64,000 bases of DNA from Octopus vulgaris (taxonomy: Eukaryota). The notes under the pieces are model-generated. The model did no database searches, had not been told where the DNA came from, and was given only the letters and a program-made list of their open reading frames with translations. The stretch spans positions 63,922,001-63,986,000 of the forward strand of contig OX597823.1 of the NCBI GenBank assembly GCA_951406725.2. The letters run 5' to 3'. Shown here in pieces: positions 38,200 through 51,450 of the stretch. The position numbers and the translations under genes were made by a program. Every line of letters starts with the position of its first letter. Position 1 is the first letter of the stretch.

Positions 38200-38850
38200 A
38201 GGCAGCAAGCTGGCAGGAACATTGGCATGCCAGGTGAAACGCTTAGTGGTATTTTGTCTGCCGTTACGTTCTGAGTTCAAATTCTGCTGAGGTCGACTTT
38301 GCCTTTCATCCTTTTAGGGTCAATTAAATAAGAACCAGTTAAGCACTGGGGTCGATGTAATTGACTTCATCCCTTTGTCTGTCCTTGTTTGTCTTGTCCC
38401 CTCTATGTTTAGCCATTTGTGGGCAATAAAGAAATAAGAAATGTTAGCACACCGGGTGAAATGCTTAGTGGTATTTCACCCGTCACTACACTCTGAGTTC
38501 AAATTCTGCCGAGGTTGACTTTGCCTTTCAGCCTTTTGGGGTTGATAAATTAAGTACCAGTTACACACTGGGGTTGATATAATTGACTTAATCTCTTTGT
38601 CTGTCCTTGTTTGTTCCCTCTATGTTTAGCCCCTTGTGGGCAATAAAGAAATAAGAAGCGTTAGCTCACCAGGCAAAATGCTTAGTGGTATTTTGTCTGT
38701 CTTTACATACTGAGTTGAAATTCTTCTGAGGTCAACTTTGCTTTCATCCTTTTGGGGTCGATAAATTAAGTACCATTTGTGTACTGGGGTCGATCTAATC
38801 AACTGGCCCCCTCCCCAAAAATTTCGGGCTTTGTGCCTAGAGTAGAAGAG
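38200..38850 (+). mobile_element. Tandem trimer of SINE B
   Basis: Three consecutive bodies joined at gaaataagaa|atgttagc and gaaataagaa|gcgttagc. Confidence 0.9.
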
Positions 38851-41199
38851 AATAGACACTTGTGTCAGATGTAATATGCTGGGATTGAAACAAAGACCTT
38901 GTGCTTGCAAAGCAAATGTCTTAACCATTCAGCCTTGTTCTGCCTACATACATAGTTATACTACTCATTTTTTGCCAGCTGAGTGGACTGGAGAAACTTG
39001 AAACAAAGTGTCTTGCTCAAGGATACAACATGCCACTGGGAATTGAACTCATAACCTTATGATTGCCAGCTGAATACCCTAACCACTAAGCTACACAGAA
39101 ATGTGTAGTACCAATAATTCAGATGGCCAGCCATGTCACATCGTGTATCATGCTGAATTTCCTTGAGAACTGTTAAGGGTATGAGTCTCTATGAAGTACT
39201 CAGCCACTTGCACGTTAATTTCACAAGCAAGAGCTGTTCTGCTGATCACATTAACTGGAAACCTTGTCATTGTAACCAATGGAGTGTCACTTTTTACATT
39301 TTTTTTTTTTACATATTTAGGAAGATATGAAAATGTAGGCAAGAAAATGTATGAGAATATTAAGATATTTCCAATACAATTTTATACATCAACATTATAA
39401 GTAACGCTGAATTCAAATTTGTTAAAAATCAAAGAGAAAAAGAAATTGGTATGTGACACATAATTTAAAGGCAAGCTGGCTAGAAATTTCGGCATACTAA
39501 ATCAAAAGATTCTATTTTGATTTCCACCACCCATGGCTATTTCCCATTACTTACATCACTAACGTTTCATGAAAATGAGAAGCATGATTATGTCTTTTGC
39601 ATGGTCTTTGAAATGTGAGAAGTCTTTACTTGAAAAAATATTGGAATTTAATCAATGGAATTCTATAAAGGTTTTTGGGTGATATTTTCCTATAGAATTG
39701 TAATTATCTCTTTAGTTCTGTGATGGTTTGAGGTTCTTGTTAAATCTTTATAACTTTGACTGCTTAAATGGTGATGATACCCAACTAAGTTGAAAGCAAA
39801 ATAATCCTGTTGTCAGAGCTGTGAACTCTCCATACACACTCATCTCTCTCTCTTTCCTCCTCATTCTGCTCTCTCTCTCTCTCTTGTAATTTCATTATCT
39901 AAATTTAATTAACTCATTTATCGAGTGATATACCATAGAGTTATTGCTATGTGTGTTTCAAACTTTGGAAAATAAGAACTTCCTTATCTGTAAAAGCTAA
40001 GCTAGTAATTTTCTGAATAACAGAGTTCTCTCTCTTTCTGGTTTCAATACTTTTACTGTGGATGTGGAATAAATCTTCTGGTGTCTCACATAGATAGGAT
40101 GTTGGGTTATTAAAGATATCTTTCCTTATTTGAAAAATCAAGCATAGCTTTACGAATCAACAAAATAGTTGTCAATTCTACATTGTTGTGGTTGGCATTG
40201 CTGATTACAGTGGAGTATTAAACTACACCAAGGCTTCTGCTCTGTTTTAACATCTAATAGTGAATCTGTGCAATACTATTATAACACAATATGTTGTGTG
40301 TGGTTTTGTTTTCTGTGGCAAAAGTACATGCACACTTCACAGACATATAAAGCAACTAACCTTATGTGTGCTCAGCCTAGAGGGAATAGGGCCTCTATTT
40401 GTCAATATTGACCATGCTTAGAGAGAACAAGGCTTCTACTGGGTAAGGTTGATTGTGCATCTGTACATACATGCACTGAAGTGGGGAAAAATTTGTGTTT
40501 TGGAAGACTGATAGTTAGCTACATATTCAAGTCTTCCCTGTCTGTGCCACTCATGGAGGCACATAGATTAGTAGTTCAGGTGTTGGACTCCTGATCATAA
40601 GTTTGTGGTTTCAATTCCTGGACCAGGTGATGCATTGTGTTTTTAAGCAAAGCACTTCATTTCACATTACTCCAGTCCACTCAGCTGGCAAACATGAGTA
40701 ATCCTGTGATGGACTGGTGTCCTATCCAGGTGGGGAATATATACACCATGGAAACCAGGAAACTGGCCCTTATGAAAGTTGGTACAACTCAAGAAAGTAA
40801 TCATTACCTTTTACTTTTTCTTTATGCCACTGATGCTATCCAATGGAAAGGCTTTCAACTTTTGGTCAGTATAGCTAAGCATTAAAGTTGTTTCAGGCAT
40901 TGCTCTCAGAAATGCAAAAAGCCAGAACTAACACTACAAAGTGTCTAACCTGACCCTCTAACTAACAGTTCCACAAAGCCTGGATTGGTACATTTTTTAT
41001 TGATCATGAAAGGATGAAAGATAAATTTGACTTTTGTGAGATTTGAACTTAGAGCGCAGCTAGTCAGAACAAATACTGCAACAATATCTATTTACCAATT
41101 TGCCACCTTCTAGAGAGAATAGTAAGTGTGGTGCTTACATATATGTATGGTACCTACATACACTTATGGTACCTACATATTTTTTTTTTTTTTTTTTTT

Positions 41200-41418
41200 T
41201 TGTACTTGTTTCAGTCATTTGACTGCGGCCATGCTGGAGCACCGCCTTTTAGAGTGGTGAAAGAGTACAGCAGGGATCACCACCTCCTGCCGGAGCCTCG
41301 TGGAGCTTTTAGGTGTTTTTTTCGCTCAATAAACACACACAACGCCCGGTCTGGGAATCGAAACCGCGATCCTCCGACTGCAAGTCCGCTGCCCTAACCA
41401 CTAGGCCATTGCGCCTCC
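41200..41418 (-). mobile_element. tRNA-derived SINE with a distinct head and the family A tail
   Basis: A box tggcctagtggttaggg, B box ggtttcgattccc; tail ggcggtgctccagcatggccgcagtcaaatgactgaaacaagt. Confidence 0.85.
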
Positions 41419-41947
41419 AATGTCTATGATATCTACATTTATCTGTGGTGTGTACATATATCTATGATATCTACATATCATCATCATCGTTTAACGTCCA
41501 CTTTCCATGCTAGCATGGGTTGGACGGTTCAACTGGGGTCTGGCAAGCTCGAAGGCTGCACCAGGCCAGTCAGATCTAGCAGTATTTCTACAGCTGGATG
41601 CCCTTCCTAACGCCAACCACTCCGAGAGTGTAGTGGGTGATTTTATGTGCCACCGACACAGGTGCCAGACGAGGCTGTATATTCTTTTATTCATTTACAT
41701 GTTTCAGTCATTTGACTGTGATCATGCTGGAGCACTGCCTTAAAGGGTTTTAGTCGAAGAAATTGACCCCAGAAATTATTCTTTGTAAGCCTAGTTCTTA
41801 TTCAATCAGTCTCTTTTGCTGAACTGTTAAGTTATGGGTATGTAAACACACCACCATCAATTATCAAGCAATGGTGGGGAGACAAATATAGACATGAAGA
41901 CACACACATATAGATACACACAAACACACATATTTATATATATAAAC

Positions 41948-43241
41948 AAAGAGCCTCTCCATCAGGGTGAAAGGTAGATTGTACGATGCATGTGTGCGAA
42001 CTGCCATGCTACACAGCAGTGAAACATGGGCTGTGACTGCTGAAGACATGTGTAGGCTAGAAAGAAATGAAGCTAGTATGCTTCGTTGGGTGTGTAATGT
42101 CAGTATGCATACATGACAGAGTATAAGTGCCCCGAGAGAAAAGTTGGACATAAGAGGCATCAGATCTGGTGTGCAAGAGAGACGACTGCGCTGGTATGGT
42201 CATATGTTACAAATGGATGTGGACAGCTGTGTAAAAAAGTGTCACACTCTTACAATGGAGGGTATCTGTGGAAGAGGTTGGCCCAGGAAGACCTGGGATG
42301 AGGTGGTGAAGCACAACCTTCGGACATTGGGCCTCACATAGGTAATAACAAGTGACCAAGACCTTTGAAGATATGCTGTGACTGAGAAGACCTGGCAAGC
42401 CAAGTGAGACCATAACCGTGGCCTATACCAGTGTAGCATAACTGGCCCATTTAAGAGTACCCTCCTTAATCATTAGGCAATAAACTGTGCTTGAGAAAAC
42501 CTGTTGAGTCAAGTGAAATCATTGTCATGGCCAATGCCAGTACTGCCTGAAAGTTACCCATGCTGGTCATGTACTACATATGGATGAGGAGAGCTGTGTC
42601 AAAAAGTGTTACTCCCTAACAGTGGAAGGAACCTGTGGAAGAGAGAGACCCAAGAAAACATGGAATGAGGTGGCGAAGCATGACCTTTGAATATTGGGAC
42701 TCACAGAGGCAATGATGGAAGACTGAGACCTCTGGAGATATGCTGTGGTTGAGAAGACCTGGTAAGGAAAGTGAGATCACAGCTGCAGCCTACACCAGTG
42801 TCGCATAACCAGCCCATTTAAAAAGTACCTTTGAATCCATGCCTGAGGAGACCTATTGAGTCAAGTAAATCAAAATCAAATGGAAATTGTAGTTGTGGCT
42901 GTTACCAGTGCTGGTGGCATGTAAAAAGCACCCACTACACTGTCAGAGTGATTGACTTTAGGAAGGGCATTCAGCTGTAGAAACATTGCCAAGAAGTGAT
43001 GGTTGTAAATGAGCACCACTGTCATACAAGTGGTGTAGTTTATTTCTAGTCTTCCATGGAAAACATGTCTGGCCATGGGGGTAAACAACCCAGTTTGGAA
43101 GCAGGGGAAAGTTGGGGGCAGGAAAGGTGTCCAGCTGTAGAAAATCTGCTTCAACAAATTCCACCTGACCATGCAAGCATGGAAAAGCGGACATTAAATG
43201 ATGATGACAACAATGAAGATGATGATGACGATGATGATGAC

Positions 43242-43338
<97 letters not shown>

Positions 43339-43340
43339 TT
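41948..43340 (+). mobile_element. RTE LINE 3' part with internal duplication, 3' UTR and long (GAT)n tail
   Basis: RRLRWYGHMLQMD...GRGWPRKTWDEVV; segment ~42196-42520 repeated at ~42564-42870. Confidence 0.9.
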
Positions 43341-43646
43341 GGTGTTTCAAACTTAGGTGTGAGAAAAGATGTTTTGAACTAAAACAGGACAAAGTTGAGA
43401 AAAAGAAAATTAAAAAAAAAAATTCATGTTAATTTAGATGCAGAATTTGTTTCTGTTCATTAAATTTGAATTTCAATCCTAAATTCATGTGCAGTTAGAT
43501 TAAATACAATTTCATAAATGAAATTTATAAATTATCAGTATCTTTCATCTGTTTCTCATTTTGTCACATATTTGCGCTTTCAAAAAAAGATATTTCTTCC
43601 TATTTTCTAAAAGTGTCCTTTACCACTATCATCATTAACAATGCTC

Positions 43647-43679
<33 letters not shown>

Positions 43680-44268
43680 TGCATACATACACACACACAC
43701 ACACAGATATATAAATATATGTGTGTGTATATATATGTACACACACACATGCATGCACATACACACACACATGCGTGCTCACAGACACACACACTCATGC
43801 GTGTGCATATATGTACACATCTTTGTGTGTCTGAGCGAGTATTTAAATTTTTTTTTTCCCTTCTTCATATCCATTTCAGTTCTCTCTATCTTTAACCAAT
43901 CAAAATTTCTGTATTTTTCTTCTCTTTTTTTAATATTCGCATTAAATGTTGTTTTCTAAATTAACATTTAATTATTGACCTGTAAAACTTTCAGGCTATT
44001 CTCAAGACAGAAAACCACAGAGCTTAGCATTAGAAAAAAAAACAAACAAAAAACAAAAAACAAAAAAACCCTAATAATAATAATGATTATCAAATAAAAA
44101 AAATTAAAAAAATATTCCAAGAAGATTTTTTAGTGAAATTCCTTCGCAACATTCCACAGTAATAGTTGACTGAAATGCTACACGGCTCATTAGATTCTGA
44201 AAAAGCCAATAGACCAGAGAGTATTTGTATAATATGACCTTTGAGCAATGTATTAGTGAAGCAAATGA

Positions 44269-44315
<47 letters not shown>

Positions 44316-44822
44316 AGTTTGTGTGTCTCTTTTTCTTTCTCTTTCTGAGCATATCTTTTGTATCATGCCATCTGCTATTCTATTGTATGGAAATAATTGA
44401 TGTGCTTCTCATAATTTTTCTTCTTAAAAACAAAAGCTGATACAAAGTATGTTCTTATTGAGTTTTATATTAAATATTTTTTTTTATCCTGTTCTTAGTC
44501 TTTTATTATCATATACCGTATTCTTGCAAAAAAAAAAAAAATAAATAAATAAAAAGAATTTAAAAAAAAAGAGATAATGGCAAGCAAGCAAGCAAACACC
44601 AAACACATGATGAGTGTTCCAATTGTTTGATTAACAGAACCATCTAATCATTGAATTACAGTGTGAGAGGTTGAATATTATTCTGCAGTTATTCATATTC
44701 TCAATGCCATCCTTGTGTAGAATGTCATCCTTTGGACAGACTTATAAAATTATCTTGTTTGCAACATTCATAGGTATTTTGACTAAAGATAGAGTCCAGC
44801 TTGTATTATTGTGTAAGTGATT

Positions 44823-45275
44823 AAGGTGGTGATCAGGCAGAATTGTTAGCACACCAGGTGAAATGCTTAGTGGTACTTCACCTGTTGAAAGTACCACTAA
44901 TGTACCATGAAAGGCGGCGAGCTGGCAGAAACATTGGCACGCCAGGCAAAATGCTTAACAGTATTTTGTCTGCCACTGCGTTCTGAGTTCAAATTCCGCC
45001 GAGGTCGACTTTGCCTTTCATCCTTTCGGGGTCGATTAAATAAGTACCAGTTACGCCTGTCTGTCCTTGTTTGTCCTCTCTGTGTTTAGCCTCTTGTGGG
45101 TAGTAAAGAAATAGGTACTCCACCCATTGCTGCATTCTGAGTTCAAATTCCACCATGATTGACTTTGCCTTCCATCCTTTCGGGGTCGATAAATTGAGTA
45201 CCAGTGGAAGACTAGGGTTGATGTAATCAACTCACACCCTTGCTCCAATTTCAGGCCTTGCGCCATTAGTAGAAA
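44823..45275 (+). mobile_element. SINE B nested in an older SINE B
   Basis: TSD ggtacttcacctgttg (44872) / ggtactccacccattg (45114). Confidence 0.85.
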
Positions 45276-45315
45276 GGATTGTTGTTGTTGTTGTTGTTAT
45301 TATTATTATTATTAT

Positions 45316-45957
45316 TCAGTAGTTTTATTTTTATTTTTATAGCGTGCTTTCACTTCACTACCGAGCACAGCTCTGTGTGCCTTGGGTATGTGCTGTGATT
45401 TGTTGTGATGCTCTGATGGTTATTGTATGGAAAGTGTTCTGCGTAGGATGTGTGCAGTGCCCAGTAGTGCAATTTTCTGTATGTTATATGTGTTTGTAAG
45501 TCCTGGTGTTTTTGTTATGTATTTGTCTGAATATTTTTTTATCATGCCTAATGCACCTACTATGATAGGAATTGTTTCTGTTTTCAGATTCCACATTCTA
45601 GTTACCTCTATTTCCAGGTCTTTGTATTTTGAGAGTTTCTCCATTTCTTTTAGAGACACGTTGTCATCTGCCGGTACTGATACATCAATTAGAAAGCATT
45701 TTTTTCTTCATGGTCTCTGACAACTATATCTGGTCTGTTGGCCTTAATTTCTCTATCTGTGTGTATCGGCATATCCCAGAGTATGGTTGCTTTCTCGTTT
45801 TCTGTGACCTTTTCTGGTGTGTGCCTATACCATCTTTTTTCTGTTGTTATTCCATAATGTTGGCATAGCTTCCAATGTATGTAAGTTCCAACTCTGTCAT
45901 GTCTGTGAATATATTCCTTCTTAGCCAGGACTGGGCAGCTAGAGATAATATGATTTA

Positions 45958-45960
<3 letters not shown>
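45316..45960 (-). mobile_element. R4/Dong-like non-LTR retrotransposon 3' end (restriction-like endonuclease) in (TAA)n
   Basis: HIISSCPVLAKKEYIHRHD...ILWDMPIHTDREIKANRPDIVV...LIDVSVP...EKLSKYKDL...PIIVGALG...IQKIALLGTAHILRR; (TTA)n on both flanks. Confidence 0.9.
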
Positions 45961-46027
<67 letters not shown>

Positions 46028-46277
46028 TATTATTACTATTATTATTAAGGTGATGTGCTGGTTGAATTGTTTGAATGCCAGACAAAATGTTTAATGACAT
46101 TTCGTCCTTTACATTTTGAGGTCAACTTTGCAGTTCATCCTTTTGAGGGCAATAAAATAAGTACCAGTTGAGCACAGGGTTTGATGAAATTGACTGGTCC
46201 ACTCCCTAATAAAATTTCAGGCCTTGTGCCTATTACAGAATGATTATTATTATTATGATTGTTATTATTATTTTTAT

Positions 46278-46590
46278 TGAGTGAGAGAGCAGTGCATGCC
46301 ATCAAAGTGACACTGGGGTAAAATATACGAAACCCAGTATACCCATCATGACTACCCGTCTGATAAGGTTACACCAGGCACATGCGTCACAACCATATGT
46401 ACACAACAAAGTGATCTCATATCAAGATAAACAGCACATGACCTTGCAAGTGGGGCCCAGTTAGAATTTTCTTCTGGTCAAGTAACCCATCCCACTCAAA
46501 AAGTCCCTGAATAAGGGTTGTTTAAGGATGTTGAATGAAATTCCAGTGGTGAATTATTCAAATCCCAAAGAATCCCTCTCAATACATGGC
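46278..46590 (-). mobile_element. Short retroposon-like element with a (TAA)n tail
   Basis: GC-richer block abutting (TTA)n; family not identified. Confidence 0.4.
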
Positions 46591-46693
46591 TAAGTAAGTA
46601 AGTATCATGCAGTTGAATTGAAACCTGAACCTCAGGATTGCAAAGAGAATTTAACTAATTGACTATTGGTACACAAATAAATGTATATTCATA

Positions 46694-46752
<59 letters not shown>

Positions 46753-47480
46753 AGTAATTATCTCTTGAGTGGGTTTGAGATATACTTGCTCCTTAATTCA
46801 GGTAGGAGATGAAGTTTTGTCAAGAGAGTGTTATAGGTGATTTAATTGTTGTCAGCTGTCCACAGTTGATTACTGGTACTTATTTGGAATACAAGAGATT
46901 CCAGTTAAATTTCACTTTGGTGAGATGTTTGTTCGGAAGCTACAAGAATGAAACTAAAAACAAGTTACATCATACAACATTTGTGCATTGAATTAATACA
47001 AAAACAAAAGTTCTCACCTCTCTGTGTGTCTGTGTCTCACTTTCTCTAAACATGTTTTACGTCATGACATGTGATAATCTATTGTTTTTAAATGATTTAT
47101 GTGTTTTCTTAACAAAAAAAAAAATTGAATAAAGCATTCATATAAAGAATGTTTATAGATTTATGAGTTCTGTCTACAATAAGCACGTTATAATGTAAAA
47201 TTTTGTCTTTAATTATTACACCTCTTACTCTGGCAAGAGAAAATAGCAAGCAAACACCAAGCACAATTACCCATACAAATAGTTCTTGTGTTGATTTTAA
47301 CATTGAAAATTTCAGTTGTTTTATTAATGGATTCACCTAGTCACTAGGTTATAGTGTAAGTGGCTGAATACTCCACAGTCAAACTCAGCCTTAATGTAAT
47401 TCTCTGGTAGAACCACTGTAGGACAAGACTAGCCCTTTTAAGTACAAATGAAGTCCATCCAACAGTCTCATCAGATTTCT

Positions 47481-47705
47481 TATTTCTATATTACCTACAA
47501 GGGGCTAAACATAGAGGGGACAAACAAGGATAGACAAAGGGATTAAGTCGAGACCCCAGTGCATAAGTGGTACTTAATTTATCGACCCCGAAAGGATGAA
47601 AGGCAAAGTCGACCTTGGTGGAATTTGAACTCAGAATGTAATAGCAGACGAAATACCATCAAGCATTTTGCTGGCCATGCTAACATTTCTGCCAGCTCGC
47701 TGCCT
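47481..47705 (-). mobile_element. SINE B with 15-bp TSD
   Basis: tctcatcagatttct / tctcaccagatttct. Confidence 0.85.
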
Positions 47706-47866
47706 GTTTTCTCACCAGATTTCTGTATCGCCAGATTTCTGTCTGCCTAACTTCATCCACAGCTACTTTTGCTGTGAGATCAAACAGAAAACCTCAAAAT
47801 TACAAAGCAAACATCTAACCTCTTAATCTTCATTTTACATCTGTTTCCAATGCAGTATGAGACATA

Positions 47867-48202
47867 GGCGCATGGCTCAGTGGTTAGAGCATCGAGCTTA
47901 CGATCGTGAGGTTGTGAGCTCGAATCCCGGACTGGGCTGCATGTTGTGTTCTTGAGCAAGGCACTTTATTTCACGTTGCTCCAGTTCACTCAGCTGTTGA
48001 AATGAGCTGCGATGTCACTGGTGCCAAGCTGTATCAACCTTTGTCTTTCCCTTGGATAACACTGGTGGCGTGGAGAGGGGAGGCTGGTATGCATGGGCGA
48101 CTGCTGGTCTTCCATAAATAACCTCGCCCGGACTTGTGTCTAGGAGGGTAACTTTCTAGGTGCAATCCCATGGTCTGTGTCGTGACCGAAGGGGGTCTCC
48201 GA
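47867..48202 (+). mobile_element. tRNA-derived SINE family C, full length
   Basis: A box tggctcagtggttagagc, B box gagctcgaatccc, gtgttcttgagcaaggcactt body; TSD atgagacata. Confidence 0.9.
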
Positions 48203-48377
48203 ATGAGACATATGGGCTATTGTGGTCAGTTTTTATTCAGGCATTTCCTCTTGACTGAATCAGTTCTTATTCAAACATTTCATTTTTTACATTGTTTTCT
48301 GTAGCTGGATACCTTTCCTCACTCCAGCCAGCTTACAGAGGAGACTGGGTGAATTTTAATGTGTCAGTACAACTTAA

Positions 48378-48627
48378 AGGTAAAGTAAAGTTACCTTCTT
48401 GAGTCATGCTGACTCATAAGGGCTGGTTTCCATAGCATAATGATTCCCCACCTGGATGGGACACCAGCCCATCACAGGATTACTCATTTTTGCCAGCTGG
48501 GTGGACCGGAGCAATGTAAAATGAAGTGTTTTGCTCAAGAATACAACGCGTCACCTGGTCCAGGAATTGAAACCACAATCTTATGACTATGAGTCCAACA
48601 CCCTAACCACTAAGCCACGTGCTTCCA
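48378..48627 (-). mobile_element. SINE family C variant
   Basis: Family C head and body on the minus strand; TSD acaacttaaagg/acagcttaaagg. Confidence 0.85.
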
Positions 48628-48981
48628 CACAGCTTAAAGGGACCTTCCCTTGATGAAATACTACACACTAAAAGAATTTAACAACACATATACATTGAAT
48701 ATGTGGCATTGATGATGTTTAAATTATTGAGGTACTTATAACACAAAATCTGAGTTTTGTTTTACTTGTGTGGAGCTTTTTCACAGCAGTAGTTAGATTT
48801 TACACTTTCTGTATGTACTTCAAGGCCAACAAACCAAATTAATTTCACAGAGGAATTGAGTATTCGACACTGATGAGCTAAAATAACAGAGAAATATCAA
48901 TATCTATCATTCATGTTCACCTTTGAGATGATTTTCTTTTCGCCTGGATTTGGAGTATACTGGATTTCTAAGATACTACAT

Positions 48982-49656
48982 CAGTGGTTCTTGACTAATT
49001 TTTTAATTATGAACCCCCATTTTATTTTGGTGTCCCTTTCCCACCAGCTGTTCCATGTATAAAAACTAGTTTTATAGACACTTCTTCCAAAATTCTTATT
49101 TTGTTTTTTTCTCTCATGCACTTGTATCATCACTATCATTATCGTTTTTAACGCTTGCTTTTCATGTGGGCATCGGTTGGACAGGTTGACATGGAGCTGG
49201 CCAGACTCCAACTGTCTCTTGTGGCATGGGGGTCTATGACTGGATGCCCTTCCTAATGCCAACCACTTAAAAGAGTGTGCTGGGTGCATCCTATGTGCTG
49301 CCAGCATGGGTGCGTTTATGCAGCACTGGCACAGGTATGCTAATGCAGTACTTGTATGGGTGGTTTTTAAGTGGCACTGGTTCCTGAAAGGACAAGCTTG
49401 TATGTGTAGAAGACAAAGAGTTTACTTTGCTTGATGTGTCTTATCAAGTACAGCAAATTACCACATCTCCCAGTGCCTTGTATAAGTTGAACTATGTAAA
49501 ATGTTAGAGAAGGAAACCTAGCAGCTCCTTTGCAATACATCCATTTAAATCAAAACTTTCCATGGGCCCTTAAAATACTACTGTGGATCCCTAATTTGCT
49601 ATTTTGCTAGCATGGTCCCTACAAAATCTTATATGGATCCTGGCTAAGAACTTCTG
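48982..49656. mobile_element. hAT/Charlie-type MITE with a nested RTE-tail retroposon
   Basis: Termini cagtggttcttgac ... gctaagaacttctg. Confidence 0.55.
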
Positions 49657-50339
49657 CTCTGCATCTTTAAAGGGACCTTCGCTGGATGAAATAGCAGAGT
49701 CTAAAAGCATTTAGCAACACATGTACATGAAGAGTGTAACGTTGATAATGTTAACATAAAATTTAAAATTTATCATGTCTTTAGCAAGACTAAAGTATCC
49801 TCCCGACTCTGCATCGGCTCTCATTATTTGCTGACCACTTTAAAGAGTCTACTAAGTGTTTACTATCAGGTCCACCTCAGCAGCACTAATTAGAATGCCT
49901 TGTATCCCCACAAGACATCCACAAGAGTTCTTGCTAATCTAGGTTGTCTCTGCACATTCAAAGCAGCATAATCAAGAGGATGACTAGGAAAGAACTAGGG
50001 TGGCAGTGGGTGGGTGAAAGAAGCTTGAGTATGATGGGTGAGACAGAGTGATTGAGTGAGAATAAAGTAGAGGTGGGAGCAATGGAAGAGAGGCCTGATG
50101 ATGATGATGAGGAGGAGGAGGACGACGACCATGACAATGATGACGATGATAACGAAGAAGGAGGAGAGGGAGGAGGAGGAAGATGAGGAGAAGAAGAAGG
50201 AGGAGGTGAAGGAGGAGAAGAAGGAGAAGAAGAAGAAGAAGAAGAAGAAGAAGAAAAAGAAGAAGAAGAAGAAGAAGAAAAGCCATAAATACCATACCAG
50301 TTCCAGTTGTTACTTATATCCTCAATGTGTTGAACTGGA

Positions 50340-51450
50340 ATAGTGAAATAAAGAAAATTAACAGAAGAATTTGTAAGCTGCTGACTTGTAATAAAATGTA
50401 CTGCCCAAAGGTAGATGTGGATCCTCTTTACCTTCCCAGAGATCAAGGAGGTTGAGGCTTGTTCCAGTTTGAACTTTCTTACAAAACCACCCTAATTGGA
50501 CTGACCAAATATTGTGAAACACCTTACAATGGAATGCTAAAATTAATTGAAAATCTTGAGAGGTGTAAGAAGTCTTGTTCTATCTTGAAAGAGATCAAAA
50601 AATTTGTTATTGATTTCATGAATGATACCCAGGTTGAACTGTCTGAAGGAAGTGTGGTAACTGTTGTTGCAAAGAAAGTAAAATTAATGGCAAAGAAAAA
50701 GTGCATGAATTTTGTCTGGTAAGTGAGAGTAGAAACCTCTGCATAGCAAATATGTGCAGCAAACAGGCTGATGTTGATCAGAAGTACATCCACCAGTGGT
50801 TACAGAGCTCAGGGCTAAAGATAGAGTGTGAAGGCTTCACCATTGCTGTGTAAGATCAAAGCTTATTGATTTGAAACTACCAAACCAATGTGATGAAAAA
50901 AGGAGTAGATCTAAAGTGCTGATTCTGCAATGATGAGATTAAAATAGTGGACTATTTAATCTCTGGATGCGAAGTTTTAACACCTATACAGTATAAATCA
51001 ACGCATGACAGAGCTGGCCAATATCTACACTGGTTAATATTGCTGGCATTATAAAATCAAATCTGATGTCAAGTTTTATAAGCATCCACTAAGGCTATAT
51101 CTGAGGAAGAAAATGTAATGATTCTTTGGGACAAACAGACAGAACCATCAATAAACCAGATATTGTTATAAAAGATAAAAAATTATAAAGTCTGTTTATC
51201 GATTGATACGATTGTCCATAATATTGCAGCAAAAGAATTTGATAAGCTCAGAAAATATAAAGATTTGCTCATCAAAAGTGAAAAAGAATATGGCATCCCA
51301 TGGCAGTTACAATACCAGGAGCACTAGGAATGATCAAAAAGAAACTGAAAATTATTTGGGAATGATTCCTGGCTTACCATCCCTGCAAGAAGTGCAAAAA
51401 ATTCTTTTAACTGGTACGTCACACATATCGAGAAAAACATCGTTTTTGTG
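50340..51450 (+). mobile_element. Degenerate R4/Dong-like element (RT C-terminus and RLE)
   Basis: LYLPRDQGG*GLFQFEL, WLQSSGLKIECEGFTIAV*DQSL, CRFC-like motif, RHD, KPDIVIKD, IPGLPSLQEVQKILLTGTSHISRK. Confidence 0.8.

Noticed and set aside
39947-40450. Short minus-strand ORF, possible old LINE
   Set aside because: No diagnostic motif recognised
42958-43392. Poly-His/poly-Asp ORFs
   Set aside because: (GAT)n tail of an RTE element
47867-47940. tRNA gene candidate (also 41345-41418)
   Set aside because: tRNA-like heads continue into SINE bodies, with a TSD at 47.9 kb, and lack a proper acceptor stem
49958-50446. Poly-Ser/Leu/Lys ORFs
   Set aside because: (GAA/GAG/GAT)n microsatellite
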